A DNA stretch of 64,000 nucleotides, taken from positions 220,906,001-220,970,000 of the forward strand of contig OZ024740.1 of NCBI GenBank assembly GCA_964016885.1, read 5' to 3'. Both the position numbers and the translations under genes were made by a program. Below the pieces are notes generated by a model that saw only the letters and a program-made list of their open reading frames with translations, did no database searches and was not told where the DNA came from. Numbering within the stretch: position 1 is the stretch's first letter; each line of letters begins with the position of its first letter. This document shows, one piece after another, positions 1 to 13,738 of this stretch. This DNA is from Eledone cirrhosa (taxonomy: Eukaryota).

Positions 1-700
1 GAATTCCAGGATTCTGAAGCCCTCCTCATTTCTATTTCCAACCCCATAGTCTCCATGGATTCCATCATAGCCATCACTATGTTGTCCAACATGACTGTTT
101 AGGTCGCCAGCAATAATTAAGTAGCCGCTGTCAGTTATTTGGGAGGTAGTGTGTATTAACGTCTCATAGAACCTGTCCTTTATAATGTCAGGTAGACCAG
201 ATTGGGGTGCATAAGCGGATATTATGGTCACAGTATTTCTATTTAGAACTAGTCTTATTTTAATTATTCTGTCATTCACTCCATGTCAATTACCTTATCT
301 ACCCATTTTTCAGCTAACATAATTCCTACACCACCCAGTCCGTTGTCATTTCCCACCCAGGAAAGTTTATAGCATCGTTTTTTACCCACGATGAATCTGG
401 CAGACCCACCTCTCCACCTAGTCTCTTGATCACAATGAACATCAACTTCTTTATGTTCAAGCATCTCTCCAACCTCATTTGAGCAACCTTTCAATGTGCC
501 TAAGTTCATGGTACCAACTCTGAAATTGGGAGGGTGGAGCAGGGAGGGGTGTGGGAGACGAAATTATGTTGGTCATCCGTGTCTGAAATAAAGAGGGGTC
601 CTTGTATTCTCATCCTGCAGCGGGAGGTGAATTTATCTTTATCTGTGTCATTGTCATTGAGTGTTTAGACTTTCCAAATTCCGCAGTCCACCCATCAAAC
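1..700 (-). mobile_element. Degenerate RTE LINE 5' portion (5' region plus AP-endonuclease), runs off the window start
   Basis: ORF 276..509 ([12 protein letters not shown]) and flanks are homologous to the 50600-51340 region of the full-length RTE; contains stops/substitutions. Confidence 0.85.
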
Positions 701-2344
701 AGGTCTAAACTTAAGGAGTAGTAACTGAGGTGGTAGCTTTGCTATACTGATTTGTAAGACAACTTACTATAAGCTGCTGAGTTATGATTGGACCATATAG
801 CAATGGTGGTGTGTTTGTGGGGGTGGGAGGGTAGGAAATGGATAACTTTAGGAGAAGGTTGGTTTTTAGTAAAGGTCCAACAGAATGAGGCATATTATTA
901 AAAACATGTAAAATATTAATTGAAAATCCGAGAGAAAAATGGAGAATTTGAATTCTAGACTAGCATAAATAGAAGTTTAAAACACTGCTCATCAAGTGAA
1001 CTACAGGTAAAAGGAAAGACAAGTGTTTTGCTTACATTCTCAAAATCGACAGATCGTCCGTAAGATAGATTAGATAGATAAATTCTATATCTTGTATTTT
1101 TGATGTCACTGTTCAGTGTGTGCCATTCTATATTCTTTTATAGCACCATGGTTAGAATAAATACAGGTACCAACCACATTTGAATAATTGAAATGAGTCA
1201 AAGATGCTTCTACATGATCTCTTGACTTGCTAAAATTAACTGTGAAATCTCCCTCAAAATAATGTACCATCTTAAAATGAAAAGACACATTGGATGAGGT
1301 GGATATTATACATTATACCAGGACCCCCACCCCACAAAAAAAAAATTGGAATAACTATGGTTGGGATGATATGCTCAAACAGAGTAATTTGAGTTAACCC
1401 TTTATGATTTAAACTGGCTGTCTCCGGCCAGAATTCTCTCATCTCTTTCTGTTCAAACTGGCTATAAACAGCTGCTCATACTTATGTTAAGATATTATTC
1501 TCAAAATAAATAATACCAACATCTTGTAGATTTGATATTACATGAGATAAAGCCTTTTCTGTGAAAATACAATAGTAAATATGGAGTAATGTAAATGCTA
1601 AAGGGTTAAACAACAATTTATAAACCTATAAAAGTAGTTTACTTATAAGTAGTTATAAAAGTAGATTATTTTTGTACACTGTAAATATATAAGAGGTGAT
1701 AAACTGGCAGAATTGTTAGGGCATTGGATAGAATCTCTTCCAGTATTCCTCCTGGCCCTCTGCATCCCTAGTTCAAATCCCACTGAGGTAATCTTTGCCT
1801 TTCCTCCTCTCAGGGTCAATAAATAAATGTACTAGTCCAATACTGATGCTTATTCTTCTCATCTCATATTTTCTTTTCCTCCCCCTCTCTCTCTGAAGAA
1901 GCTCAGCCAGGTCTAACACTTTTAATGCTAGCCTGACTGAAATCACCCATAATTCTATGATACAAAACAGCTTTAAAGTGTTCATATTCATCTAAAATCT
2001 TTCCAACATAATTTTATGAGAACCTTTAAATTATGCCCCAAATAACAGCTATGTAAATAATGAAAAAGTTCTATTTCTGAATCTTCACAAATTATAAGCA
2101 ATGCTTTAGATTAAAAGTAAGGTAAAGAAAGGGTTAAAAATCCCAAAACACAGCATGTCATGACAGCATCGCTACAACTGAATGAGGGGTTAATGTGTTC
2201 AATGATGAAACTTATACATAAATAAGACTGTTATTGTTCAAATCAGTCTACTAACTCTCAGAAAACTCCTTAAACTAAACGCCAGTGTGTACCCATGACT
2301 CACCCTCCAAATTTGGCAAATCAAATAATACATAATGTAATAAT

Positions 2345-2530
2345 TGTTTCTATTTTAGGCACAAGGCCAGCAATTACCCAGTACATTACTGGTACTTTAT
2401 TTTATCGACCCCGTAAGGATGAAAGGCAAAGTTAACCTCGGCGGGATTTGAACTCAGATCGTTAAGGGATGTAACTATGCTGGAAAGCATGGCGTCCGAC
2501 CCTCTACCGATACTGTCAATCCACCGCCCG
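2345..2530 (-). mobile_element. tRNA-derived SINE (family 1)
   Basis: Near-identical to the 48463 copy; flanked by a tacataatgtaataat direct repeat. Confidence 0.85.
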
Positions 2531-4072
2531 TTATATACATAATGTAATAATGATGCTGATGACGATGAGTCATCAGCAATGGTAGTTAATCTGTTTGTGT
2601 AATCTGACTTTACTTACCTAAGTTCCAACTGTGGCTCGCACTATGCTCCTGAAAACTTTCAAGAAAAACAACACTATAACAATCTATTAAACAACACAAA
2701 AATGAATTAACATAAGAAGACAAACCTTTACTTAGGGGACTTTTATTGTCTCATTCTCAATAGAAAGGATACAATATTTTGGGCTATGTATAAAATATCC
2801 AGCAACTTATAAAAACAAGTATAACTTGTAACACAGCAATTATTTTGAGAATTTAAGGATCCTAAAACCTCCTGAAACAATATCCAGCTGTGTCATGGTA
2901 AACTACACGCCCTTAGCATGATAGGTGTCAGTGGTACTGATACCAAACAATTAGAAAAAAATAATAAATAAATGGTGGGAATTTGGAAGTGTAGTGACAT
3001 ACTTGCTTTACAACAGACTTTTAACACAGGAAATTTAACATTCCTTTGAAATAGAAATCATAGGTACTCTGCAATTTCTATATATATATTAAAAAGAAAA
3101 CACTTAAATATACATTTTTTTTCAACCAATTTTAGACTCTATATCAAGAAACATTTGAAATGAGTTAGATATGAGAGTTTTTATTTATATCATACAAACA
3201 TACATTAGATTGCATTGGTTGGGTAGGGGTTGGCGGTAGAGTGGACAGGGGTCGGAGTGCTGAAACATGGATCATGGATAGGTAAGTAAATTGGTGAAGG
3301 TTAAGTTGTTCGTAAGTCTTACTGGTTGGCAGTTTGTTCAAATACGGAGCATGGTTTTCAAATTAAAATTTTTACCTTGATTGGTATTGCTGACAGATTT
3401 TTTTTTATTTTCATTTTTACATTAGTTAAAAAGCAATAAATATGTAGATCAGAAAATCAATAATTAGCCAATATTGAAAGCTATTTTATTATAGCAATTA
3501 AATATATAACTTTTTCCCTTTAAGTTGTTCCAATTGCATAAAAAATAAAGATATTTGCTATAAAATGTATGTAATTTTTATTTTTAATAGTTAGAAAATT
3601 GTTTTAAAATTAATATTATTGATATTATTATTACTATTAATATTATTATTAGTAGTAGTATTATCATTAGCAGTCAACATAGAATATGAAAAAATATAAA
3701 ATGTGGTTCTTAATAGAATTTAAGCTAATTATTTAAAGCTATAGGAAGACTAGGAAAATCACCGAGATTATTTTAGAATAGAAATCGCTGTTGATCACTT
3801 ACACTGTTGTTAAAAAAATTGTTATAACTGAAGAGAAGTTTAACTAGAAATGAAGTTTTACATAATATATATATTATTGAAGATGATTTATGTATAATCA
3901 TATACAAAATCAATCAAATACTAACAGTGTGAGCACTCAATACATACAAGCAAAGTAGAAATATTATTTCTCAAAGAAAATGATGTTAAACTTTCAGCCA
4001 TAATGAGCCTCTTCAGATAGTCAAAAAATGCACATTAAAGTTGAACTGCTATATTTTCCTTTGAAAATTTGT

Positions 4073-4108
<36 letters not shown>

Positions 4109-5789
4109 CACATGTAATATATATATATATATATATATATTTATTAAAATAACAGATTAAAGTTTAAGCAAAGAATCGCTGCTTTCACCCTTAACGGGAT
4201 CTTCTGAAACTAACAAAGTCAATCTGTGAACGCGGAAGTGAATAGTATATATATATATATATATACATACATACACACGCAATATATATATATATATACT
4301 ATATTTTCCTTTGAAAAATATTGTGTGTATATATATATAATATTCTGGTCTAAAAAAGAACAAAATCGTTTAACCATTCATTATAGTATAAACTTTAAAT
4401 GGTTGATATCACATGCTTTTATTTCAGAACTTATATTTGTACCTGTGTGGTTGACAAGAGGTTTTAAAAGCTCTTATATCTTTTAATTCTCATGTTAATA
4501 AAAAGAGCAGTATGGTTAGGTTTTCAAGAATATATAAAGTAGCTATAGTCACAAAAAAAAAAATACCAGATTGAATTTTGCCACAGTCCTTATAGAGATA
4601 TTTGACAACTATAAGAAACACAATAATGGATCATATTTAAAAACATTGCTCCTTAGTGCTGAGAGAGACTATCCTGTAACCAATGAGAAGGGGTGGAGAC
4701 AATATGATTAAAGAGCAGCATAGAAAACAGGTACTGACTTACAGAATCCAGCAAAGGAAATAAGAGAATACATGTGTGTGTGTGATATAGTAGATATGTA
4801 GATCCCCGAGTTGTGTTGGGTGGGTAACCACAATTAAAAAAAGTACTTTATACATTGGTAGAGTATAGGCATCTTTATTATATATAGAAATGACTTCTAC
4901 AGGACTAGAAATATTTCATTTTTATGAAATCATTCTGATTGATTTCATACAACAAATGAAACATTTCTAATCCTGTAGAAGTCATTTATATATATATATA
5001 TATTATAATATGGGGTTAACCGACCATATATATATAACCAGTCAAAAATTGAGGAACCTGCAGAACACAGAGGAAACCTCTATGTAACAGGCCCTCGGAT
5101 TGGCCTTCCCTATATATATGTATATAACAGTTTTCTTTATAGAAGGCTGTAGTAATGCAAATCAAATAAAAAAAAAATAACACCACCAAATATCTTGAAA
5201 TGTTTTATTCCTGCTGATATATTTTTGGTAAAATAACCCATTTCAATTTGGCATAACATCATAATGGATGTAAAATAATCGTATCTCTCTTATATTTTCC
5301 TATCACCTTAGAAAGGAGTACTTTACTCTGCCAAAATAATCAGGGCCAATTAAATAATTCTAAGGTAATATTCCAATAACTGTTCTTATTGTTTACACTA
5401 TTGTTTGAACTGTATTGATATAGTTTTAACATTTTTTTATAACAAACTGAAATGTGTTTGTGTATATATACATATGTATACACACACATATATTTAGTAT
5501 CAGATCCAGTTATAGAAAGAAAATTCTTAACAAAAGAATCTTTTTAATGAAATAAATAGAAATAGTAATGTAATATAAGTGATTTTTAAAACTGGAATGG
5601 AAGCCTAGAAAGAGGACATATTTTGAATATATTTGTGCCTTCAATACCCAATGATCCATGTTACGTGTTTATGTCCAGGGAAAATGATGGCTGATGAAAA
5701 AAGGGAAAATAAGAAGAGATGATATTTCCTATCCATGACACAGCCAGAATTGTTTGAAAGTTACAATATGTGAAAATCTGGAATCAGTT

Positions 5790-6095
5790 ATATATATATA
5801 TATATATATATATGTTTGTATATATATATACATGTTTGTATATATATATATATACATGTTTGTATATATATATATACGTTTATATATAGATATATATGTT
5901 TATATATAGATATATATGTTTATATATAGATATATATGTTTATATATAGATATATATGTTTATATATAGATATATATGTTTATATATAGATATATATGTT
6001 TACATATATATATATGTATGTTTACATATATATATATATATGTTTACATATATATATATATATACACATACAAATATATGTTTATATATATATAC
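5790..6095. repeat. TA-rich micro/minisatellite (20-bp unit tatatatagatatatatgtt)
   Basis: Direct reading. Confidence 0.9.
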
Positions 6096-9000
6096 ATAAA
6101 AAATCGTGTAACCTTTCAGTCTTTGTTGCAGTAGCACCGGTTCCTATAAAACCATATGGTGAAGAAAAAAGAAATAAAACCACATATAACAGTAGTAACA
6201 ATTGTATTTTAGTTTCTCAACTGTTATATGAAGGACACGGGCAACGTATGCATAACATCGTTTGACATAAGATGATCAATTCTTGTGATATAAACACAGT
6301 TTCATTTTATATAATATGTCAGGACACCCAATTGATATAAACAAGTATGTCTCATTATCGTTATATAACTAATATAGAAAAAATGTTCAATTTATACCTT
6401 TTGGTCAGTCTGAAATCATGTATAAATAGATATATGATGAAGTTTGGGAAGAGAAGAAAGTTAAACAGAACAGCTCCAGATCAGAATAAACAGTAAATGT
6501 CATTCCTAATGAAAATATTTTGACAACAATGAGTCAACTGAAAAAAGATGAGTGCTATGTATCATTTTTGTTGCCATGTCACAAAAATAAATACATTGGT
6601 TAGAGAAAAAGAATTTTACTGTTTTTTAAGCTATTAAATTTTCATTGACATTGCAGGTAATAGATACCTGAAGTGGAGCTATATTGCTAGCTTCTTTTAT
6701 TCCCTACTATGTTTACAGAACTACAATATAGACTAAAATATACTATAGATAAAAAATAAATGAATAATAAAAGATATCATAATACATTGAGTTAATACCA
6801 TTCAGTATAATGATTGGCATAATTAAACTATTAATCTAATTTCAAAGACTAAAAATTGAAAAGTCAATTTTTTTTTAAAATGTCAATTTCTAAGACCAAT
6901 ATTATTTATAATATGAAGAAAATATTTATAAATTATCTTAGTGTAAAAAACAAGCTAGCAATTTTGCTTCAACATATGGTGTGCAGTGTTTAGATATTGC
7001 TAAGGAGGATGGGCTAGATGTGAATAAGGACTACAAGTGAACTAATATTTGGAAGGAGAGGGGGAGGAAGGAATGTAATTTATACAACCAACTATGTTCC
7101 AAAGTGATAAATGTCAAATGACAATGATTACTAGGGACATTATTTTCAACAGACTGACTACTAAATACAGACTGATAAATTGGAAAAAACCAACTAGAAC
7201 AACTCAGTTCAATTTGGAGAAATCTTTTAAAATTATTTCACTAAAACTTTTTTTTTCAAAGTACTAATGTATCAAATAGAAATGTAATAAAAATTCCAAT
7301 TAACATACTGACACTGTATATCCAGAATGTGACATACAAATCCAGAAGTTGCAGTTTGGACTGAAGTTGAATAACCCCATAAAAGAATGGTATTTGTAGC
7401 ATGGAAGAGCAGGTATAGTTCAAATTAAATCAATCTCACCGTTTTTTTAAAAATTTATTTGAAAACTAAAATCAACAGATATAGATTTTTAAAGAATCAC
7501 ATTTTTATGTATAGTCAGCAGCAAATATCTCCCAATAGATAAAAGATGGGATTAATCCAAGAGATTAATTACATCCAGTGAAATGGATGCTATAACTCTT
7601 CAATAAATGATGTATCACATATCAATAAAAGAAATCAGCAGTTTGGAGAACTGAGACATATGACATCAGAAGACATTGGTAAATGTACTAAGGAGGAAAT
7701 AAAAGAAATCTTAAGTCTAGCTAGAATCTAGAGAATAAACTTTATTTCTATAGACAGTAGTTTTCTAATGGTTAAATTAGTCTTTATTTTCTGTTGGCAC
7801 TTTGGTCTCAGTATTAATAGTTTTAACTGTACCTGTGCAGCAACATTTTGTCAATAGAGTTTCTCACAGTTGAAATACAAACACAGACTCAAACACACAT
7901 GCAACACATACAATGGTGGAACTATTTATGTATAAATAAAATCCTAAGTAAATATATTAGTCATAAACTAAGGAAGAGAAAAAATTTAAAGAAATATTAT
8001 ACAAAATTTGATTATACAAAGAAAATTTGGGATGATTTTTAAAAATAACTTAGTTGGAGGAAGGTTAGTGTCCATAACTCCTAATCAGGTCCTCTGAGAC
8101 TGTTCGTAAGAAGTTATCCTTAGATTGGAAACTTAGTCTGAATGCTTACGAAAGAGTATATACACTGCTAAAGGCACCCAAGAGCTAGGTGGTGGAATAA
8201 AGCTGAGTGACAAATTAAATCTAACACACAAATGTTTCAAAAATCTAAAAGAGGATCTGCACAAAATAGAAAAATAAACACTAAACCACTCTGAGAAACT
8301 ACTATAATGTACTTATTTAACATGAAATTCTAATAAGGAACCATTATGAAACCTTAATTTACTTTGGTAGTAAATGAATATATAGAGTAAGACTAAGCCA
8401 TATTTGAAAATATCAAATATTTTTAAAAGAAAAAAAAGAAAAGAAATTATTCTTTTAATATTTTAGGTCTTATTTCTTTAAAACAAGATTATGAATATGA
8501 AATGGAGAATATATCTTATATTTCAGCTTTTGTTATATGATAAGGTATTTATAACAGAAATAAAAAAGAAAGAAAGAAAAAGTAACACAATGAGAGAATA
8601 AGAATATAAATAAATAAAAAAATCACGTTCAGGATATTTTATTACCATCAATAACAGCTTTAAACAAACAATTTAATGATATATAAATGCCTCTATTTAG
8701 TACATTTCTTTGCTATATATTTGTATTTGATATTTTTTAAAATATATATAGGCACAAGACCTCAAGTTTATAGGGAAGAAGTGAGATTGAGTGATATTCA
8801 TGCCATTCTCAATGGTATGAAATGAAGTGAAATCAAAAGGAAATTTACTTCTATCCTCACATGATGAGTTTGAAATTGTGAAATAACATCGTATTATCCA
8901 TTATCAAAATACTTTGTATTTATTATTTTTTTCATTTCTCTCTGCCTATTTTTTGTAAGAATAATACTAGGTTACTTATAATGGCTCCCTATTAGAGATT

Positions 9001-9959
9001 TCTAGAGAAGTGATATAGTTAACTGAATCAATTTTAGTACATCCACTATGGGAGTGAAGATGATATGAGCCATGAGGAACAATATGGAAGCAGCAGAGAG
9101 GGTATCTATATGGCTCTGACTAAAAGAAAACGTGACCGGTGAGATCAGTAGAATGCTGTTGGACACAGGCTGAAATTCGATCAACCTTGGTGCAATCATC
9201 TAATTGAAGGTCTATGTTATAAGACCTGTAACATTCAGTAGCTCTAGGACACAACATTGATGTTGTGTCCAAGTATTTACATCTGTAGATGTATAAAAAA
9301 AACTTGAACTATGGAGAAATGAAAGATCAAATTAACCTTTGTGAAAATTGAATTTAAAATGTAAAAGCTTACAATTAAATACTATTAGAAATTTAGTCTT
9401 GGTGCTGTACTGTCTCTGCCAGTTTACTGCTTTTTGGGGTGGGGTGGGAGAGAATATGTAGAAATCTTTCAATAGTAACATTAAAGAATGGCTCTTTCAT
9501 AGTTTTCCTTCAACAAATATTTAGTAAGGATTTTTTTTCTCCAATAACTTCTGATTAGAATAAAATATATTTGTATGTGTGTGTATATATATTAGGAGGG
9601 AAAACTGGGGGATCAGTTAATGGCTCAACTGCGTACCTCTGTTTTTTACAGCTGAGTAACATTTTGGATCACAGTAGCAACAACCACATAGAGATTTCTG
9701 GAACAATTCCATTAGTTTTGATTTTTCTTTTGTGTAGACAGAGAAACAATACAAAAAAAATCTATTTTGATTTCACAAAAAAAAGCACAAACAAATTAAT
9801 CATTAAAAAAAATCAACAGAAAGATAACTCACGAAACAGACAGACTTAGATCTAGACAAAAAACAGATCTTTATGACTAAAATATAGAAATATAGTAAAG
9901 AATACGTCTAAAATTCATTATTACCAAGAGGTGATAATGTGCTGAATATACATATAGAA

Positions 9960-10610
9960 ATGTTTATTTATTTACCAGTGGCAGAAAATATTTGATGTTA
10001 ACATGTTGAGCTGTTATCAAGTGGTAGAAACACATTTGTTGCATTGCTTTGTATTGGGATATTACCACCAATGGGTAGACATGTGTAGAGATGGTACTAC
10101 AAGCTGATGGAAATATGCAGAGCTGTTGTTTCCAAATGATAGAAACATGTAGAACTGCTCCTGCTAAATGGTAGAAATATGAAGAGCTGTTTCCTACCAC
10201 ATGACAGACATATGTAGAGCTGCTTCTACCAAGTGATATAAATGTATAGAACTGCTTTTACCAAATGATAGAAATGTAGTAGAACTATTTCTACCAAGTG
10301 GTAGAAATATATAGAGTTGTTTCTACCAAATGATAAAAATGTAATAGAGCTATTTCTACCAAATGATAGGAGTGTGTAGAGGTGTTTCTACAAAGTGGTA
10401 GAGATGTATAGAGCTTTTGCTATATAGTGGTGGAAATGTGTAGAACTCTTTCCACCAAGTGATACATATGTATAACACTGTTTCTTCCAAATGACATAAA
10501 TGTATCGAGCTGCTTCTACCTAGCAGTAAAAATATGTGAAGACATTCATGTCAAATGGCAAAGAATATGTAGAGATGTTGCTAACATGTGGTAGAAACAT
10601 GTTAGAGTAT
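9960..10610. repeat. Degenerate ~32-bp tandem repeat with an internal palindrome
   Basis: Consensus approximately tagagctgtttctaccaaatggtagaaatatg. Confidence 0.8.
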
Positions 10611-13600
10611 GAATGAAATTATTGATGTGAAAGAAGAAAAGAAATATACAACAATAAATGTCGATATGGTCACTAAATATGATATAGGTACAGTTTGTAG
10701 ATATATGAAAGAGTTTAATTAGATATCTCAATGATAGCAATGCAAATAAATAATACTAAAACCTTTTAGAATCAATGTGATTTGAGAGTTTTCGATGTCA
10801 CAAGAAGTTTTGTGTGAAAAATAAATGGAAAAGTAAAAAAATATTACTAGTTTATGTATGTTCAAGGAATTTGTCTTGTTTTCTTATATAGCTTTGGACA
10901 ATTATAATGTTTGTCTTTCTCTCTTTGTCTATTTTTCTCAGATGCTTAACCAACCATTACTGGTTGTAATGTTTCTTGTATGTACCATCTTCAATTAGTT
11001 TGCATTGTAACTAGAGCACAACAAGAAATCATCTGAGATGGGGTTTTTTCCCTGATTGGCATGTCAATTTACTATAATGAATTTCAATTTTAGACGGTGA
11101 TTTAAGAAGAAAAAATGGCAAGACAAATGATAAATGATGAAATTCAGTTTCAATATAACATTCATCTCTAATATATGAGGTTTTTATTGAAGAGAAAAAA
11201 AGAAATGATGTTATCTTTGTACATATTTTATTTTGATCACAGTTCATCATCTTGTAACTGATCGGACAACACTATTGTTATACTCATCTATATTTTTGTA
11301 TCATTGATTAACTTACTCAGCAGTGATTTGTAATGGCTCTTTATTAAAGTCTTATACCCCCCCACCCGCCATCTCTCTCTTACAAATCGATGTATTTAAA
11401 ACCCATAGAAGCTGAAAGAGAACAGATGTTGATAAACAGGTTAAACAAAATTGTTTCATGCATATTGGGGGCAAAAACAAAAGAAGCTAAAATGCAGTCA
11501 CAAAATAAAATAAAAAAAAAAATGAATCTATTGTATACATATATAAAATCTAAATGCAAGGGAATTTTATATCAACATTATAAAACCAAAGATAAGAAGA
11601 AAAGCTACAATTCCAAAAACCTTTCTAAAGCAATTTATATCATATTTTATATCTGGCAGTTTGAGACTTTTGTTTATTCAAGAAAGCTAAAATCTAGCAG
11701 TTTTAAAATGTTTCTGTTTCTATATAAGATAGGTCAAATAGACATGTCATTGAAAAAGGAACATAAATATATTTTAAGGAACATTAGTATTGCTATTATT
11801 ATTTATCTAAAGCCATCAATTATTATCATCAAGCATCTTAAATTAGAATGCAGTTTGTTATTTCCTACTTTATATTTTAAATTCTAAAATAAGTTTCTTG
11901 GAGGTATAACTGCAGTTCATAAGTCTCACTGCAAAGAATATTGTTATTCTCTTTGTTCAGAATAATGTAAAAGATGTTTTCTGTGTACAAAAACAATAAC
12001 AGAATGTATCTCACATTTGTTTAAATTTCCACAGCAGTACTTACAATGAACTGTAGTTATATCTATGTTAAACTTATCTTAGATTTTTTAATATACTCTG
12101 TGTTGTGCATGAATATTAATTATTTTATTATCGTTTACTTAGTATTAAGATAGCAAAACAAAACAATCAAGAGGTTATTCAAAGTTGAAATAGTATTAAA
12201 GCATTACAATAATACCATGACCTAGGTGTTTAAGGAGGGTTTTTTTTCAGTATTGATAGAGAGAAGATAGTAAACAGATTTCATTGGCTACCATATTTGT
12301 TAAATTTCCAATATGAATTTGAAGAAATTGGACTAAAAGTAACGTTTTTTTTTGTAACAGGATATATAAAAAAAAATACAGAAAAGAAAAATGACATGTG
12401 CATGTGGATAGAAAGAAGAGATGGCTATAAAAAATTCCTACAAGTGTATATCACAATATTTTAGTAATTAGCCCTAGAATAGCTGCCAATAAATGAAAGA
12501 ATATGCATGTGTCAGTATACAGAATTTTTGTTTTCAACAAAATGTGTATCCTAGATGTCAAAAAATAGAATTTAGAATGTTTGGGTATTTTCTTCTTTTA
12601 AAGAGGATTCTTTAGGATTGAGAGAGCATTGAAGGAAAAGATGTTGCTATCATAAATGGTACCAAGTACAGAATAAAGAGCAAGTACACTGGTTCCTAGA
12701 GAAGATTCTTTTAAAAAATAATATGACACCTGGTAATCTTAGGTTTTCTTTATTTATGGATAACGTGTTTGGAGAGGTATCACATTTAGAATAATTCCAT
12801 TTAAATAAACAAATTTTGTTTCTTGAGGAGTTCAAAATGACCATATGGCAGCAAAATTAAAACACACAAAAAAAAAAATGTTAAAATAAAAAAAAAACAT
12901 GTCTGATAATGGTATTAAATTTGTCTAACTCTTTGGTAACAAAATAAAGATTTCAAATTTTTCAAAGAAAAAGAGAAAAAAAAAAAAATTTAGAAAAAAC
13001 AAACAAACAAAAAACAAAACAATCATAAACACATAAAATTGAAAAATAAAATATAAATACAACCCAACAAAAATAATTTGAAAAGATTTGCAGCAATAAT
13101 TAACCACCAGTCAGGATTATCTGATCAGCAGAAACCTTTCTATTAAAATAACATACTAACAGAAAGGACAATAAAAAAAAATCTTGATAAAAAATATCAT
13201 AGACAGCAATTCCTTTTAAAAAATACTCCAATAGGGGATATTTAATTGATACGTTTTTCTTGTCAAAATTCATTTTTAATCCTCTCAACATATTAAACAC
13301 TATTGCTGTTGGGTTTGTCTCAGATATGTCAGATAGAGACAAGGGAGGTAATTTCAGAGTATAACTTTTCTTTTCAACATTATATGTCAGTCACTGCCAA
13401 AAATACATTCCTGTTAGTTCCATATTCATAGAATTCCAGGATCTATCTATTTTAGACATTTCTAATTAAGAAACAACAGCTAGTCTTTTTAGTTTTGTTA
13501 ATCAGCAATTTTTGTTCGTGTTCAACTTCAGTGTCAGCAGTACAAGAGAGGAGGTGGAAAATGGGAAAGAATAGGTGGGTGGGGAAAAAAATGAACCTCA

Positions 13601-13646
13601 GTTTACAATAAAATCTGGAGTCCATTACAGCAGCTGTAGTTCTTAA

Positions 13647-13738
13647 TTAAGAATAAATTGTGACGACTTCCCGACCACTGCCACGCACCATCATTACACG
13701 ATCCAGACCTTCCGTGAGAACTTCTAAGAATTCCATAT
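13647..13738 (-). CDS. kcc: KCC last coding exon ([30 protein letters not shown])
   Basis: cag acceptor; TAA stop at 13647-13649. Confidence 0.96.

Noticed and set aside
9960-10610. CRISPR-like array of palindromic repeats
   Set aside because: Units are head-to-tail with no unique spacers, the context is eukaryotic, and there are no cas genes.
11390-11887. 165-aa Lys/Ile-rich ORF
   Set aside because: Composition simply reflects AT-rich DNA; no recognisable motif; antisense to the probable 3' UTR.
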